A stretch of 63,978 nucleotides of DNA, counting the filler, from Octopus bimaculoides (Eukaryota): NCBI RefSeq assembly GCF_001194135.2. It is 6 parts of 5 records of this genome, joined end to end, with 100 filler letters (N's around TTAATTAATTAA, not from the genome) between each part and the next. Parts side by side here need not be neighbours in the genome. Positions count along the whole stretch, not along the records: positions 45,538 to 59,825 come from NC_068995.1; positions 59,926 to 62,809 come from NC_068982.1; positions 62,910 to 63,978 come from NW_026300557.1; 3 more parts are not named here. One strand, given 5' to 3'. Below are positions 53,443-63,978 of this stretch, in pieces (position 1 is the first letter of the stretch; each line of letters starts with the position of its first letter). A program made the position numbers and the translations under genes. The notes under the pieces are model-generated. The model was not told where the DNA came from. It searched no databases and saw nothing but the letters and a program-made list of their open reading frames with translations.

Positions 53443-54025
53443 AGAGGGAGAGAGAGGGAGAGAAATAGTGGGGGAGAAAGAAAGATAGGAACAGCTACAC
53501 AAAGATATGCAGAGATATAGACAGGGGAGGTGTTTCAGAGAGCTTTTAACGGAGAGAATGAGTAAGACAAATTGCGATTATGTATAAGTGATATAATAGC
53601 GAAAGCAGGAAGAGAGAGAGAAAGAGAAAGAGAGGAAGGAGGAGAAAGAAACCGATATATTAGGAGAGTAATAGTGAAGAGTTTGGCTGAATGGTTGGCG
53701 TATCTTGATACCACCTGAGATGAATCTTCGATAAGAATACATGTCAAAAATGTATTCTTCTCATTCAGTATGGTTATATCAAAGAGAACGCATGATATAT
53801 CATCATATTGCTGGATATATAGATATATGAGATATTTAAAAATGTCGACATCCCAGTTTAAGGGCTTTGGAGTTTATTGCATAATTTACGGGTTTCCCTC
53901 GCCCGTGTTTCCTCCTGACAAAGATAGTTAAGTCTTACAGAGTTTCGCCCTCTTTATCTGGTCGGTACAAATGAAGAGTAACAACCAACCAAATCCGTAT
54001 CATGTCCAATGAAATATCAACAGCC

Positions 54026-54272
54026 AGGCATGGCTGTGTGATAAGAACCCTGCTTCTCAAAAACATGGTTCTGTTGTTCAATCCTACATCATGGTACCTT
54101 GGGTAAGTGGATTTCGTGCTCGAAAACTGAAAGAAGTCTGTCGTATATATGTGTATATTTGTATGCGTGTGTGTGGGTGTATGTGTCTGTCTGTTGTCTG
54201 TCTGCCTGTCTGTATGGTACTCCCGCCATCGCTTGCCAATTGATGTTGCTGTTTTTACGTATCCGTAATTTA
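54026..54272 (+). mobile_element. SINE family C with internal deletion
   Basis: caggcatggctgtgtgataag..gtaccttggg..aactgaaagaagtctgtcgtat. Confidence 0.7.
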
Positions 54273-54327
54273 TATGTATCCATATGTATGCATGTGTATG
54301 TTTGTATGTGTGTGTGTATATATATAT

Positions 54328-54361
<34 letters not shown>

Positions 54362-55327
54362 NNNNNNNNNNNNNNNNNNNNNNNNNNNNNNNNNNNNNNN
54401 NNNNNNNNNNNNNNNNNNNNNNNNNNNNNNNNNNNNNNNNNNNNNNNNNNNNNNNNNNNNNNNNNNNNNNNNNNNNNNNNNNNNNNNNNNNNNNNNNNNN
54501 NNNNNNNNNNNNNNNNNNNNNNNNNNNNNNNNNNNNNNNNNNNNNNNNNNNNNNNNNNNNNNNNNNNNNNNNNNNNNNNNNNNNNNNNNNNNNNNNNNNN
54601 NNNNNNNNNNNNNNNNNNNNNNNNNNNNNNNNNNNNNNNNNNNNNNNNNNNNNNNNNNNNNNNNNNNNNNNNNNNNNNNNNNNNNNNNNNNNNNNNNNNN
54701 NNNNNNNNNNNNNNNNNNNNNNNNNNNNNNNNNNNNNNNNNNNNNNNNNNNNNNNNNNNNNNNNNNNNNNNNNNNNNNNNNNNNNNNNNNNNNNNNNNNN
54801 NNNNNNNNNNNNNNNNNNNNNNNNNNNNNNNNNNNNNNNNNNNNNNNNNNNNNNNNNNNNNNNNNNNNNNNNNNNNNNNNNNNNNNNNNNNNNNNNNNNN
54901 NNNNNNNNNNNNNNNNNNNNNNNNNNNNNNNNNNNNNNNNNNNNNNNNNNNNNNNNNNNNNNNNNNNNNNNNNNNNNNNNNNNNNNNNNNNNNNNNNNNN
55001 NNNNNNNNNNNNNNNNNNNNNNNNTGTGTGTGTGTGTGTGTGTGTGTGTGTATACATACAGTGTACATTTAAACACATAAGAGAGGTGTCCATAATAGGA
55101 TATCTAACCCGCTAGAAGGAGCAGTCAAACTCCAAACCACAATTAGGGATAATTTTGAAAGGGAATGAAAAATAAGAATATTTACCAACTATTTCCTGAA
55201 CCATGGTTTCAAGCTATTTTTAGCAAAATAAAATATTATTTTGCAAGGCCAGCTGCCATCAGCAGGAAAGTCAAGATTAACACATAAATATGTGTTAATA
55301 TTTATCTTCTGTATCTCTAAACAATTT

Positions 55328-55532
55328 AAGGCGGCGATCTGGCGGAATCGTTAGCACGCCGAGCAACATGTTTTGCGGCATTTCGCGCGTCTTTGCATTC
55401 TTATGCCATGGAGGCCCATTTCGCATTTATCCTTTCGGATGGATAAAATACGTATCAGTTGAGCACTGGGATCAATGTATTCGACTTACCTTCTCCCTCG
55501 AGCTTCCTGGCCTTATACCAACATTTGAACCA
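55328..55532 (+). mobile_element. SINE family A, old copy
   Basis: aaggcggcgatctggcggaatcgttagcacgcc..tatcctttcgg..ggataaaata. Confidence 0.75.
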
Positions 55533-56009
55533 GTATCTCTAAACATTTTTCAGCATTACCTCTACTTCTTATGCCTTTTTACCTCGTTGCCAACCATCTA
55601 GCAATCTAGTTAGCATACGAGCTACGTACTTGCTGACGTAACAACATACGCACTAACTTATCTGAATATATACACACGATTATGCCTATAATTTCTCGCC
55701 ACATCGTTCTTTTTGAATGCACCAAGAACATATCGATAATATCCCAACGTGTAATCCTAATACTTTGGAATCCTTCCATTGTCTGGTATTGGATTAATTG
55801 AAGTTTGATGTCTCTATGGTCCCTAAAATTTATGCTAAATGTTATAAGAGATTTATATTTAATTGGATCAAGTTGTCAGTTTGTAGTGCTTATTTCATTA
55901 GAAATTTAGTGGTTGACAGCATTCATTGGTTTAGATGTTAGCCAATAATTAATTAATAGTGTATACGCAACCTCATACACTACTTATACATACATATTCA
56001 CATACACCC

Positions 56010-56079
<70 letters not shown>

Positions 56080-56479
56080 NNNNNNNNNNNNNNNNNNNNN
56101 NNNNNNNNNNNNNNNNNNNNNNNNNNNNNNNNNNNNNNNNNNNNNNNNNNNNNNNNNNNNNNNNNNNNNNNNNNNNNNNNNNNNNNNNNNNNNNNNNNNN
56201 NNNNNNNNNNNNNNNNNNNNNNNNNNNNNNNNNNNNNNNNNNNNNNNNNNNNNNNNNNNNNNNNNNNNNNNNNNNNNNNNNNNNNNNNNNNNNNNNNNNN
56301 NNNNNNNNNNNNNNNNNNNNNNNNNNNNNNNNNNNNNNNNNNNNNNNNNNNNNNNNNNNNNNNNNNNNNNNNNNNNNNNNNNNNNNNNNNNNNNNNNNNN
56401 NNNNNNTATATATATATATATTAGGGAGAATTTACAAAAAAAAAATAATAGACGAAGACAAGTGGTGTAGAAAGATAGG

Positions 56480-56560
<81 letters not shown>

Positions 56561-56987
56561 GGATGGATGAATGGATTCGTAAAACTCACACAAGCAAACA
56601 ATCAATTAACTGTATGCAGAGGTGAATAGATGTTTGCGTATATAACGGCTTTAATACATGAATCTGCTGTTTACACAGCCACCAATAAATTACGGTCTAT
56701 GTGAAGGGCAAACTTGTTTGCGTTAGCAATAATGCCAAACACCATTATTCTGTTACTTTTACTCATTTATTTATTTGTTCATTTACTTATTTATTTATTT
56801 ACGAATTTATTTATTTTGTCTGGAGTGTAAACAGCTCTCTGGTTCTCAGTGCTTCTGGTTTCTTGAAATACATAAAATATTAGCATCGTCTGACCAATTT
56901 GGTGGCTGGCGAACGAGAACTGACAGAATATTTAAAGAGAAAATTAGCTGTAAAGACGAGCAGTAAAATCATCAAGAAAACAGTGAT

Positions 56988-57080
56988 TCTTCTTCTTCTT
57001 CTTCTTCTTCTTCTTCTTCTTCTTCTTCTTCTTCTTCTTCTTCTTCTTCTTCTTCTTCTTCTTCTTCTTCTTCTTCTTCT
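56988..57080. repeat. (CTT)n microsatellite running into a gap
   Basis: Direct reading. Confidence 0.95.
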
Positions 57081-57792
57081 NNNNNNNNNNNNNNNNNNNN
57101 NNNNNNNNNNNNNNNNNNNNNNNNNNNNNNNNNNNNNNNNNNNNNNNNNNNNNNNNNNNNNNNNNNNNNNNNNNNNNNNNNNNNNNNNNNNNNNNNNNNN
57201 NNNNNNNNNNNNNNNNNNNNNNNNNNNNNNNNNNNNNNNNNNNNNNNNNNNNNNNNNNNNNNNNNNNNNNNNNNNNNNNNNNNNNNNNNNNNNNNNNNNN
57301 NNNNNNNNNNNNNNNNNNNNNNNNNNNNNNNNNNNNNNNNNNNNNNNNNNNNNNNNNNNNNNNNNNNNNNNNNNNNNNNNNNNNNNNNNNNNNNNNNNNN
57401 NNNNNNNNNNNNNNNNNNNNNNNNNNNNNNNNNNNNNNNNNNNNNNNNNNNNNNNNNNNNNNNNNNNNNNNNNNNNNNNNNNNNNNNNNNNNNNNNNNNN
57501 NNNNNNNNNNNNNNNNNNNNNNNNNNNNNNNNNNNNNNNNNNNNNNNNNNNNNNNNNNNNNNNNNNNNNNNNNNNNNNNNNNNNNNNNNNNNNNNNNNNN
57601 NNNNNNNNNNNNNNNNNNNNNNNNNNNNNNNNNNNNNNNNNNNNNNNNNNNNNNNNNNNNNNNNNNNNNNNNNNNNNNNNNNNNNNNNNNNNNNNNNNNN
57701 NNNNNNNNNNNNNNNNNNNNNNNNNNNNNNNNNNNNNNNNNNNNNNNNNNNNNNNNNNNNNNNNNNNNNNNNNNNNNNNNNNNNNNNNNNNN

Positions 57793-57837
<45 letters not shown>

Positions 57838-59229
57838 AACATTTGTGTATGTATACATGAGTCAAAGTGTAAATTAGGTATTTTCTCTCCGTTTCTTTTT
57901 CAGTCTGTACGCACTACTAAATCCTTGTTACCAACCAGGTACTCACTTTTTCCCAAGTTGATTGAGTACTTATTTCCACGTTTATCGTTAAGTTCGCCGT
58001 TTCAAGGTCATACTAAAATGTTGAGTATTTTTGCCTTTTGTTTCTATTCTATCTTTGTTTTTAAGAAATTGCTTTACGCTACTATCCCACCGCCTTCGAT
58101 GGAAGTTTGGTCTTTCGAGGAAGAATGTCATGTTTTTTGCCCCGAATATATCCCACAACGCTAACAAAACTAGTGATGATTTTGTTCCAGTTTCCACTGT
58201 CAACACATTCTTCTTATTTCTTTATTTAATTATAAATATACTTACAACTGTATCTGCCCAATCAGTTTCGACGATTTACGTCTATCTTTTTGTTTAGAAT
58301 GTGTAAAATGTTTCAGAGCGTATTCGTTGCTGCCATTTATGTGGTTAACCTGTTTTCTTTTTACACACAGTGGGCCATTTTGAATCATTTTGAATTCTTA
58401 TATTTTACTACATTTTGTTTTGCCTCTTTCATTTTTTTCCGCAAACATACAAGAATATTAAATATAAGAATGTTAAAAAATGTCCAAAAGCGTAATACAT
58501 TTCCTACCCCAGGGAAATGAAGTAGGCACTCAAACTTTCTGATATCTGTTGTTGACAAAATGAGACAAATCGAAAGGACACCTAATTTCTCCTCACTTCT
58601 ATGTGGTGAATATAATAATACTTTTCTAGAAGTCTGTTACAGACGTCAGCTCACGGCAAACAAAAACAAAACAGCACGACAATGACAACATAGAATGATG
58701 ACAGAAAATATTTATAACAATGGAAATAAATTTAATACTATAAGGTCGATGGGAAGGCCATTGGAAAGACGTGATGGTGAAGCGTCAGTGAATCATCATG
58801 GATTATGTGGGAAGTAGATGAAAACAGAAAATCAGATAAAAATTAAAACTACAACTACATTGAAAATAAATTATTTTGATTTTAAAGAGAAACAGGACTT
58901 AGCCCGAATGAGATCACTCCACATATATCCTTGAGCCCTGTGTGAAATGCTTTTTCCCCTGCTATGGCAGAATTAAAGACACACATTGAGACAGGAACCA
59001 CTCCGCCTCTCCGCCATTCAAGAAGGCAGCATAAATACATGTGGTGTGTGTTGTGTATTTGTGTCTCTGTATATCAGTATGTGTATGAAGAGCGATTACG
59101 TATTTATATTCGGGTGAAAAGAGAAAGGTAGCAACATGATGGCTAGAGATATATTAGTGACACATCTATGTAATCTCTCCGTCTTTTTGTCTCTCTTTAC
59201 TTCTCTCTCTATCTAGCTAGCTAGCTATA

Positions 59230-59596
59230 TATGAAGGTAGATATAGTTATGTTTAATAAAAAAAAAACTTATTTACCTGTTTTAGCATAATCTCCATCGA
59301 AATAGTCACCTTGCGCAGCATTACACCGATCTCAGCGTTCCTGCCACTTCTGGAATCCAGCCTGGAAGTCGTTTTCCGTAAGTGAGTCGAGAACCTTCCC
59401 AGATTCACTCTGGACCTCGACAACGGTGTTAAATCGACGAACTTTGAGCTGCATTTTCATGTTGGGAGAAGAGATAGAAGTCCACAGGTGCTAATTCTGG
59501 TGAATAGGGCGAGTGAGGAAGGGTTACCATGTTGTTTTTGACAAGAAACTCACGAGCGAGGAGAGCTCAGTGGTAGGGTGCGCTATCGTCGTGGAG
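59230..59596 (-). mobile_element. Mariner transposase 3' fragment
   Basis: The minus strand reads LHDDSAPYH..EFLVKNNM..PHSPYSPELAPVDFYLF..MKMQLKVRRF..FQKWQER*DRC..GDYFDGD. Confidence 0.92.
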
Positions 59597-59766
59597 AATC
59601 AAATTGTTTTGGGATCCATGTGACAGACCAACAACAACAGCAACGTTTAGAATGGGCAAAATGCTTCAGAGCGTATTCGTTGATGTCATTTATGTGGTTA
59701 ACCTGTTTCACGTTCGGACTCCCAGAACAAATTAACTCGTATATCGACACATCACTATATATATAT

Positions 59767-59825
<59 letters not shown>

Positions 59826-59925
59826 NNNNNNNNNNNNNNNNNNNNNNNNNNNNNNNNNNNNNNNNNNNNTTAATTAATTAANNNNNNNNNNNNNNNNNNN
59901 NNNNNNNNNNNNNNNNNNNNNNNNN

Positions 59926-60487
59926 ACTGGCGAGCCAGATGGCTGCACCAGGCTCCAATCTGATCTGGCAGAGTTGCTATGGCTGGATGACGTCCTAACG
60001 CCAACCACTCTGAGAGTGTAGTGGGTGCTTTTATGTGCCACTGACACGAGGGCCAGTCAGGCGGTACTGGCAATGACCACACTCAAATGGTGTTTTTACA
60101 TGCCACCTGCACAGGAGCCAGTCCAGCAACACTGGCAACGACCTCGCTCGAAATTTGTTTTTCACGTGCCAGTAAGGCGACACTGGTAACGATCATGCTC
60201 GGATGGTGCTTTTCATGTGCCACGGCACAGGAGCCAGTCAGCAGCCCTGGCAATGATCACACTCGGATGGTGCTCTCAGCGCTCCACTAGCACGGATGCC
60301 AGTCATGCAGTGCTGTCATCGAATTTGATTTCAATTTCACTTGCCTCAACAGGTCTTCGCAAGCGGAGATTAGTGTCCAATGAAGGAAAGGTACGCATAA
60401 GTGGGCTGGTTACACCACTGGCATAAGCCACGGGTTATGGTCTCACTTAGCTTGCCGGGTCTTCTGAAACACAGCATATTTCCAAAT
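59926..60487 (-). mobile_element. RTE LINE 3' end (ORF2 terminus and 3' UTR with ~65 bp subrepeats)
   Basis: tggaaatatgctgtgtttcagaagac resembles an ORF2 terminus. Has 4-5 degenerate ggtgcttt..tgccac..gccagtc..ctggcaa units. Family assignment is from recall. Confidence 0.65.
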
Positions 60488-61168
60488 TTCTGCTTTTCCT
60501 GCAAAGACTATCTAACTCTCCTATTTATACAACTAATTTTCATACCTTGTAACATTAGATTTAAGTAACTCTACTTTGTAATTCAAAGAAAATTAAATAT
60601 ATATTTTTATGTAGCAATTNNNNNNNNNNNNNNNNNNNNNNNNNNNNNNNNNNNNNNNNNNNNNNNNNNNNNNNNNNNNNNNNNNNNNNNNNNNNNNNNN
60701 NNNNNNNNNNNNNNNNNNNNNNNNNNNNNNNNNNNNNNNNNNNNNNNNNNNNNNNNNNNNNNNNNNNNNNNNNNNNNNNNNNNNNNNNNNNNNNNNNNNN
60801 NNNNNNNNNNNNNNNNNNNNNNNNNNNNNNNNNNNNNNNNNNNNNNNNNNNNNNNNNNNNNNNNNNNNNNNNNNNNNNNNNNNNNNNNNNNNNNNNNNNN
60901 NNNNNNNNNNNNNNNNNNNNNNNNNNNNNNNNNNNNNNNNNNNNNNNNNNNNNNNNNNNNNNNNNNNNNNNNNNNNNNNNNNNNNNNNNNNNNNNNNNNN
61001 NNNNNNNNNNNNNNNNNNNNNNNNNNNNNNNNNNNNNNNNNNNNNNNNNNNNNNNNNNNNNNNNNNNNNNNNNNNNNNNNNNNNNNNNNNNNNNNNNNNN
61101 NNNNNNNNNNNNNNNNNNNNNNNNNNNNNNNNNNNNNNNNNNNNNNNNNNNNNNNNNNNNNNNNNNNG

Positions 61169-61340
61169 ATCAGATGAAGTGGAACACTTGTCCTCATAAC
61201 TGAAAGACAGCCAAACCACATTGCTAAATATTTTCAATGTCTCAGTGATCTTTGATGGTCCAGCTCCTTTCTCTACCTTCATGTCCTTGATTGCCCTTTC
61301 AGCTGTTTCAATTGCAGTAGTTGGTTGTGTTGAGTACATG
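61169..61340 (-). mobile_element. Decayed RTE reverse transcriptase N-terminal fragment
   Basis: AERAIKDMKVEKGAGPSKITETLK is homologous to DKAIKSMKTRKAPGPSGIIAEMLK at 62470-62809. Confidence 0.75.
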
Positions 61341-61830
61341 AGTAGACTCCCACACACACACCTCTCTCTCTCTCTCTCTCTCTCTTATGCATACTCTTCA
61401 TATATGCTGTTTTCTTTTCAGTACAGATGAAGGCAAGTGTGTTGCTATCATGCCATAAACAAGTTTCTCATTATCATCATCTACTTACGCAGAAGCTTCA
61501 TGGATTTCACTGCCATCATAAACACCACAACCAGAGAGAACCTAAAAACAAACAAAATTTAAAGTTATATTTTAATATTTCTATTAAAAAAAAAGTGTGT
61601 CTATGTGGTAATGTGTATGAGTGTGTATATGTGCACAATGCAGTGTAGGGTTAGGCTACAAAGTAGAGTATGATGTAGATTGATTTCTCATTTAACTTAC
61701 TTCTTCATCATCATTAACTTAGCATCTACTTTTCCATGGGCTAGACAATGTTGGGGCAGATTTTGCAATGGTTGAAAGCTTTTCCTATTTCCAAATGAGG
61801 CAATAATCCCGAAGTCAATCAAACAACAGC

Positions 61831-61982
61831 CTTCTAGTTTCGGTCTAATAAATCCACTCACAAGGTTTCAGTCAGCCAACAACTATAGTAGGGGACCATA
61901 GCAAGGAGTCATGCAGCGGGACTGAACCCTAAACCATGTGGTTGAAAATCAAACTTCTTAACTACCCAGTTATGCCTGTGCC
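61831..61982 (-). mobile_element. SINE family C head
   Basis: aatccactcacaagg..gggactgaaccc..accatgtggttg..tatgcctgtgcc. Confidence 0.75.
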
Positions 61983-61996
61983 TTTATACAAAGCAT

Positions 61997-62135
61997 TATC
62001 TCATCAACATCATTGTTTTAACAATCCCTTTTCCTTCCATGCTTGCATGGGTCAAATGGAATTAGTTGAGGTAAATTTTCTACAGCTGGACGTCCTTCCA
62101 GTTGCCAACCCTCATCTATTTCTAAGCAAGGTAGC
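61997..62135 (-). mobile_element. RTE-type 3' tail fragment
   Basis: ttccatgcttgcatgggtca..ggacgtccttccagttgccaaccc resembles 59975-60005; a decayed copy lies near 61700-61790. Confidence 0.5.
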
Positions 62136-62427
62136 AATCCCTTAACCAATTGAGCAATGAACAGAAAACAAACAACATGGTCTGAGTGAAAGATCCCACG
62201 TGTAAAGAAGCAGAGACCTGCCTCTACAACTGACTGCAAGCAAAAACACAGGTTGCAATGACACTGTTGTTAACAGTTAGGGAAAATAGGAACCTATTCA
62301 CACAAAGACAAATAGACATACACAGTTTTATTGAAACAAAGATTATCTCCTGACTCAAGCTTCAATAAAGCCATATCCTTGATAAATACTGAGCAATTAT
62401 TTCTCATTAATCCAGCATAAATCAAAC

Positions 62428-62459
<32 letters not shown>

Positions 62460-62469
62460 AAAAAATAAA

Positions 62470-62809
62470 GAGAATGAATGGGAGAAAGAGAGCCTGCCGT
62501 ATGTCGACCCAATAGAGGGACCAGCTATCCGAGTTGATAGTACCAGGGTAGATAAAGCAATTAAGAGTATGAAGACCAGGAAAGCCCCCGGCCCATCAGG
62601 AATCATTGCAGAGATGCTCAAAACATCTGGCAGTGTTGGCTATAGCCTAGTCACCCGTATTACGAACCAGGTGATACACGAAGGAGTCATACCCAATGAC
62701 TGGTGTAGCAGCATCATAGTCAACTGCTACAAAGGTAAAGGTGACGCTTTAGATACAAATAATTACAGAGGCATCAAGCTGTTAGATCAGGTTATGAAAG
62801 TTACAGAGA
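62470..62809 (+). mobile_element. RTE LINE ORF2 fragment (start of RT domain), open frame up to the gap
   Basis: ENEWEKE..VDKAIKSMKTRKAPGPSGIIAEMLK..IPNDWCSSIIVNCYKGKGDALDTNNYRGIKLL, with no stops in 113 codons. Confidence 0.92.
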
Positions 62810-62919
62810 NNNNNNNNNNNNNNNNNNNNNNNNNNNNNNNNNNNNNNNNNNNNTTAATTAATTAANNNNNNNNNNNNNNNNNNNNNNNNNNNNNNNNNNN
62901 NNNNNNNNNTTCAATGTTC

Positions 62920-63978
62920 GTTCATTCGTTCCAACTTTCGTTCTTTCCTTCCTACGATCAATTCTTTCCTTCCTACGTTCGTTCTTTCCTTCCTACGTTC
63001 GTTCTTTTGTTCCTACGTTTGTTCTATCCTTCCTACGTTCTTTCTTTCCTTCCTACGTTCTTTCGTTCGTTCCTACGTTCGTTCGTTCGTTCCTACTTTC
63101 GTTTTTTCCTTCCTACGTTCGTTCTTTCCTTCCTCCGTTCGTTCGTTCTTTCCTACTTTCGTTCTTTCCTTCCTACGTTCGTTCGTTCGTTCCTACGTTC
63201 GTTCTTTCCTTCCTACATTCGTTCTTTCCTTCTTACGTTCGTTCTTTCCTTCCAATGTTAGTTCGTTCTTTCCTACGTTCGTTCTTTCCTTCGTTCGTTC
63301 GTTCGTTCGTTCCTACGTTCGTTCTTTCCTTCCTACGTTCGTTCGTTCGTTCCTACGTTCGTTCTTTCCTTCCTACTTTTGTTCTTTCCATCCTACGTAC
63401 GTTCTTTCCTTCCTATGTTCGTTGGTTCGTTCCTACGTTCGTTCTTTCGTTCATTAGGTCCAACGTTCGTTCTTTCCTTCCTACGATCGTTCTTCCCTTC
63501 CTACGTTCGTTCTTTCCTTCCTATGTTCGTTCGTTCGTTCCTACGTTTGTTCTATCCTTCCTACGTTCGTTCTTCCATTCCTACGTTTGTTCTTTCCTTC
63601 CTACGTTCGTTCGTTCGTTCCTACGTTCGTTCGTTCGTTCCTACGTTCGTTCTTTCCTTCCTACGTTCGTTCTTTCCTTCCTACGTTCGTTTGTTCGTTC
63701 GTACGATCGTTTGTTTGTTTCTACGTTCGTTCTTTCCTTCTTACATTCATTCTTTCCTTCCGACGTTCGATCGTTCCTTATTACGTTCGTTCGTTCGTTC
63801 GTTCCTACCCTCCTGCGTTCGTTCGTTCCTTCCTACGTTCGTTCATTCCTTCCTACGTTCGTTCGTTCGTTCGTACGATCGTTCTTTCGTTCCTACGTTT
63901 GTTCGTTCGTTCCTACGTTCGTTCTTTCCTTCCTGAGTTCCTTCGTTCGTTCCTACGGTCGTTCTTTCCTTCCTACGT
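62920..63978. repeat. 20-bp minisatellite built from tetramers
   Basis: Units TTCCTTCCTACGTTCGTTCT and TTCGTTCCTACGTTCGTTCG repeat for more than 1 kb to the window edge. Confidence 0.92.

Overview
This is an AT-rich, gap-rich eukaryotic draft scaffold dominated by microsatellites (TA, CA, TATG, GATA, trinucleotides) and decayed transposons. The SINE families and repeat landscape look like an octopus genome; this is an inference from recalled repeat families, not a database result. No complete gene is visible, and nearly all long ORFs in the track are microsatellite or N-gap artefacts. Supported content: many tRNA-derived SINEs, RTE and CR1-like LINE fragments (one ending in three C2H2 fingers), mariner, pogo/Tigger and hAT relics, and one good candidate host exon (25386-25592, minus). 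The most interesting signal is a set of minimal type I hammerhead ribozyme (HHR) motifs, five with intact cores and several decayed, in Penelope-like repeats. Three of these loci share a tails-outward inverted-repeat layout, and two ribozyme types carry unusually large stem II insertions. HHR and exon coordinates were counted base by base; boundaries of decayed elements are approximate.
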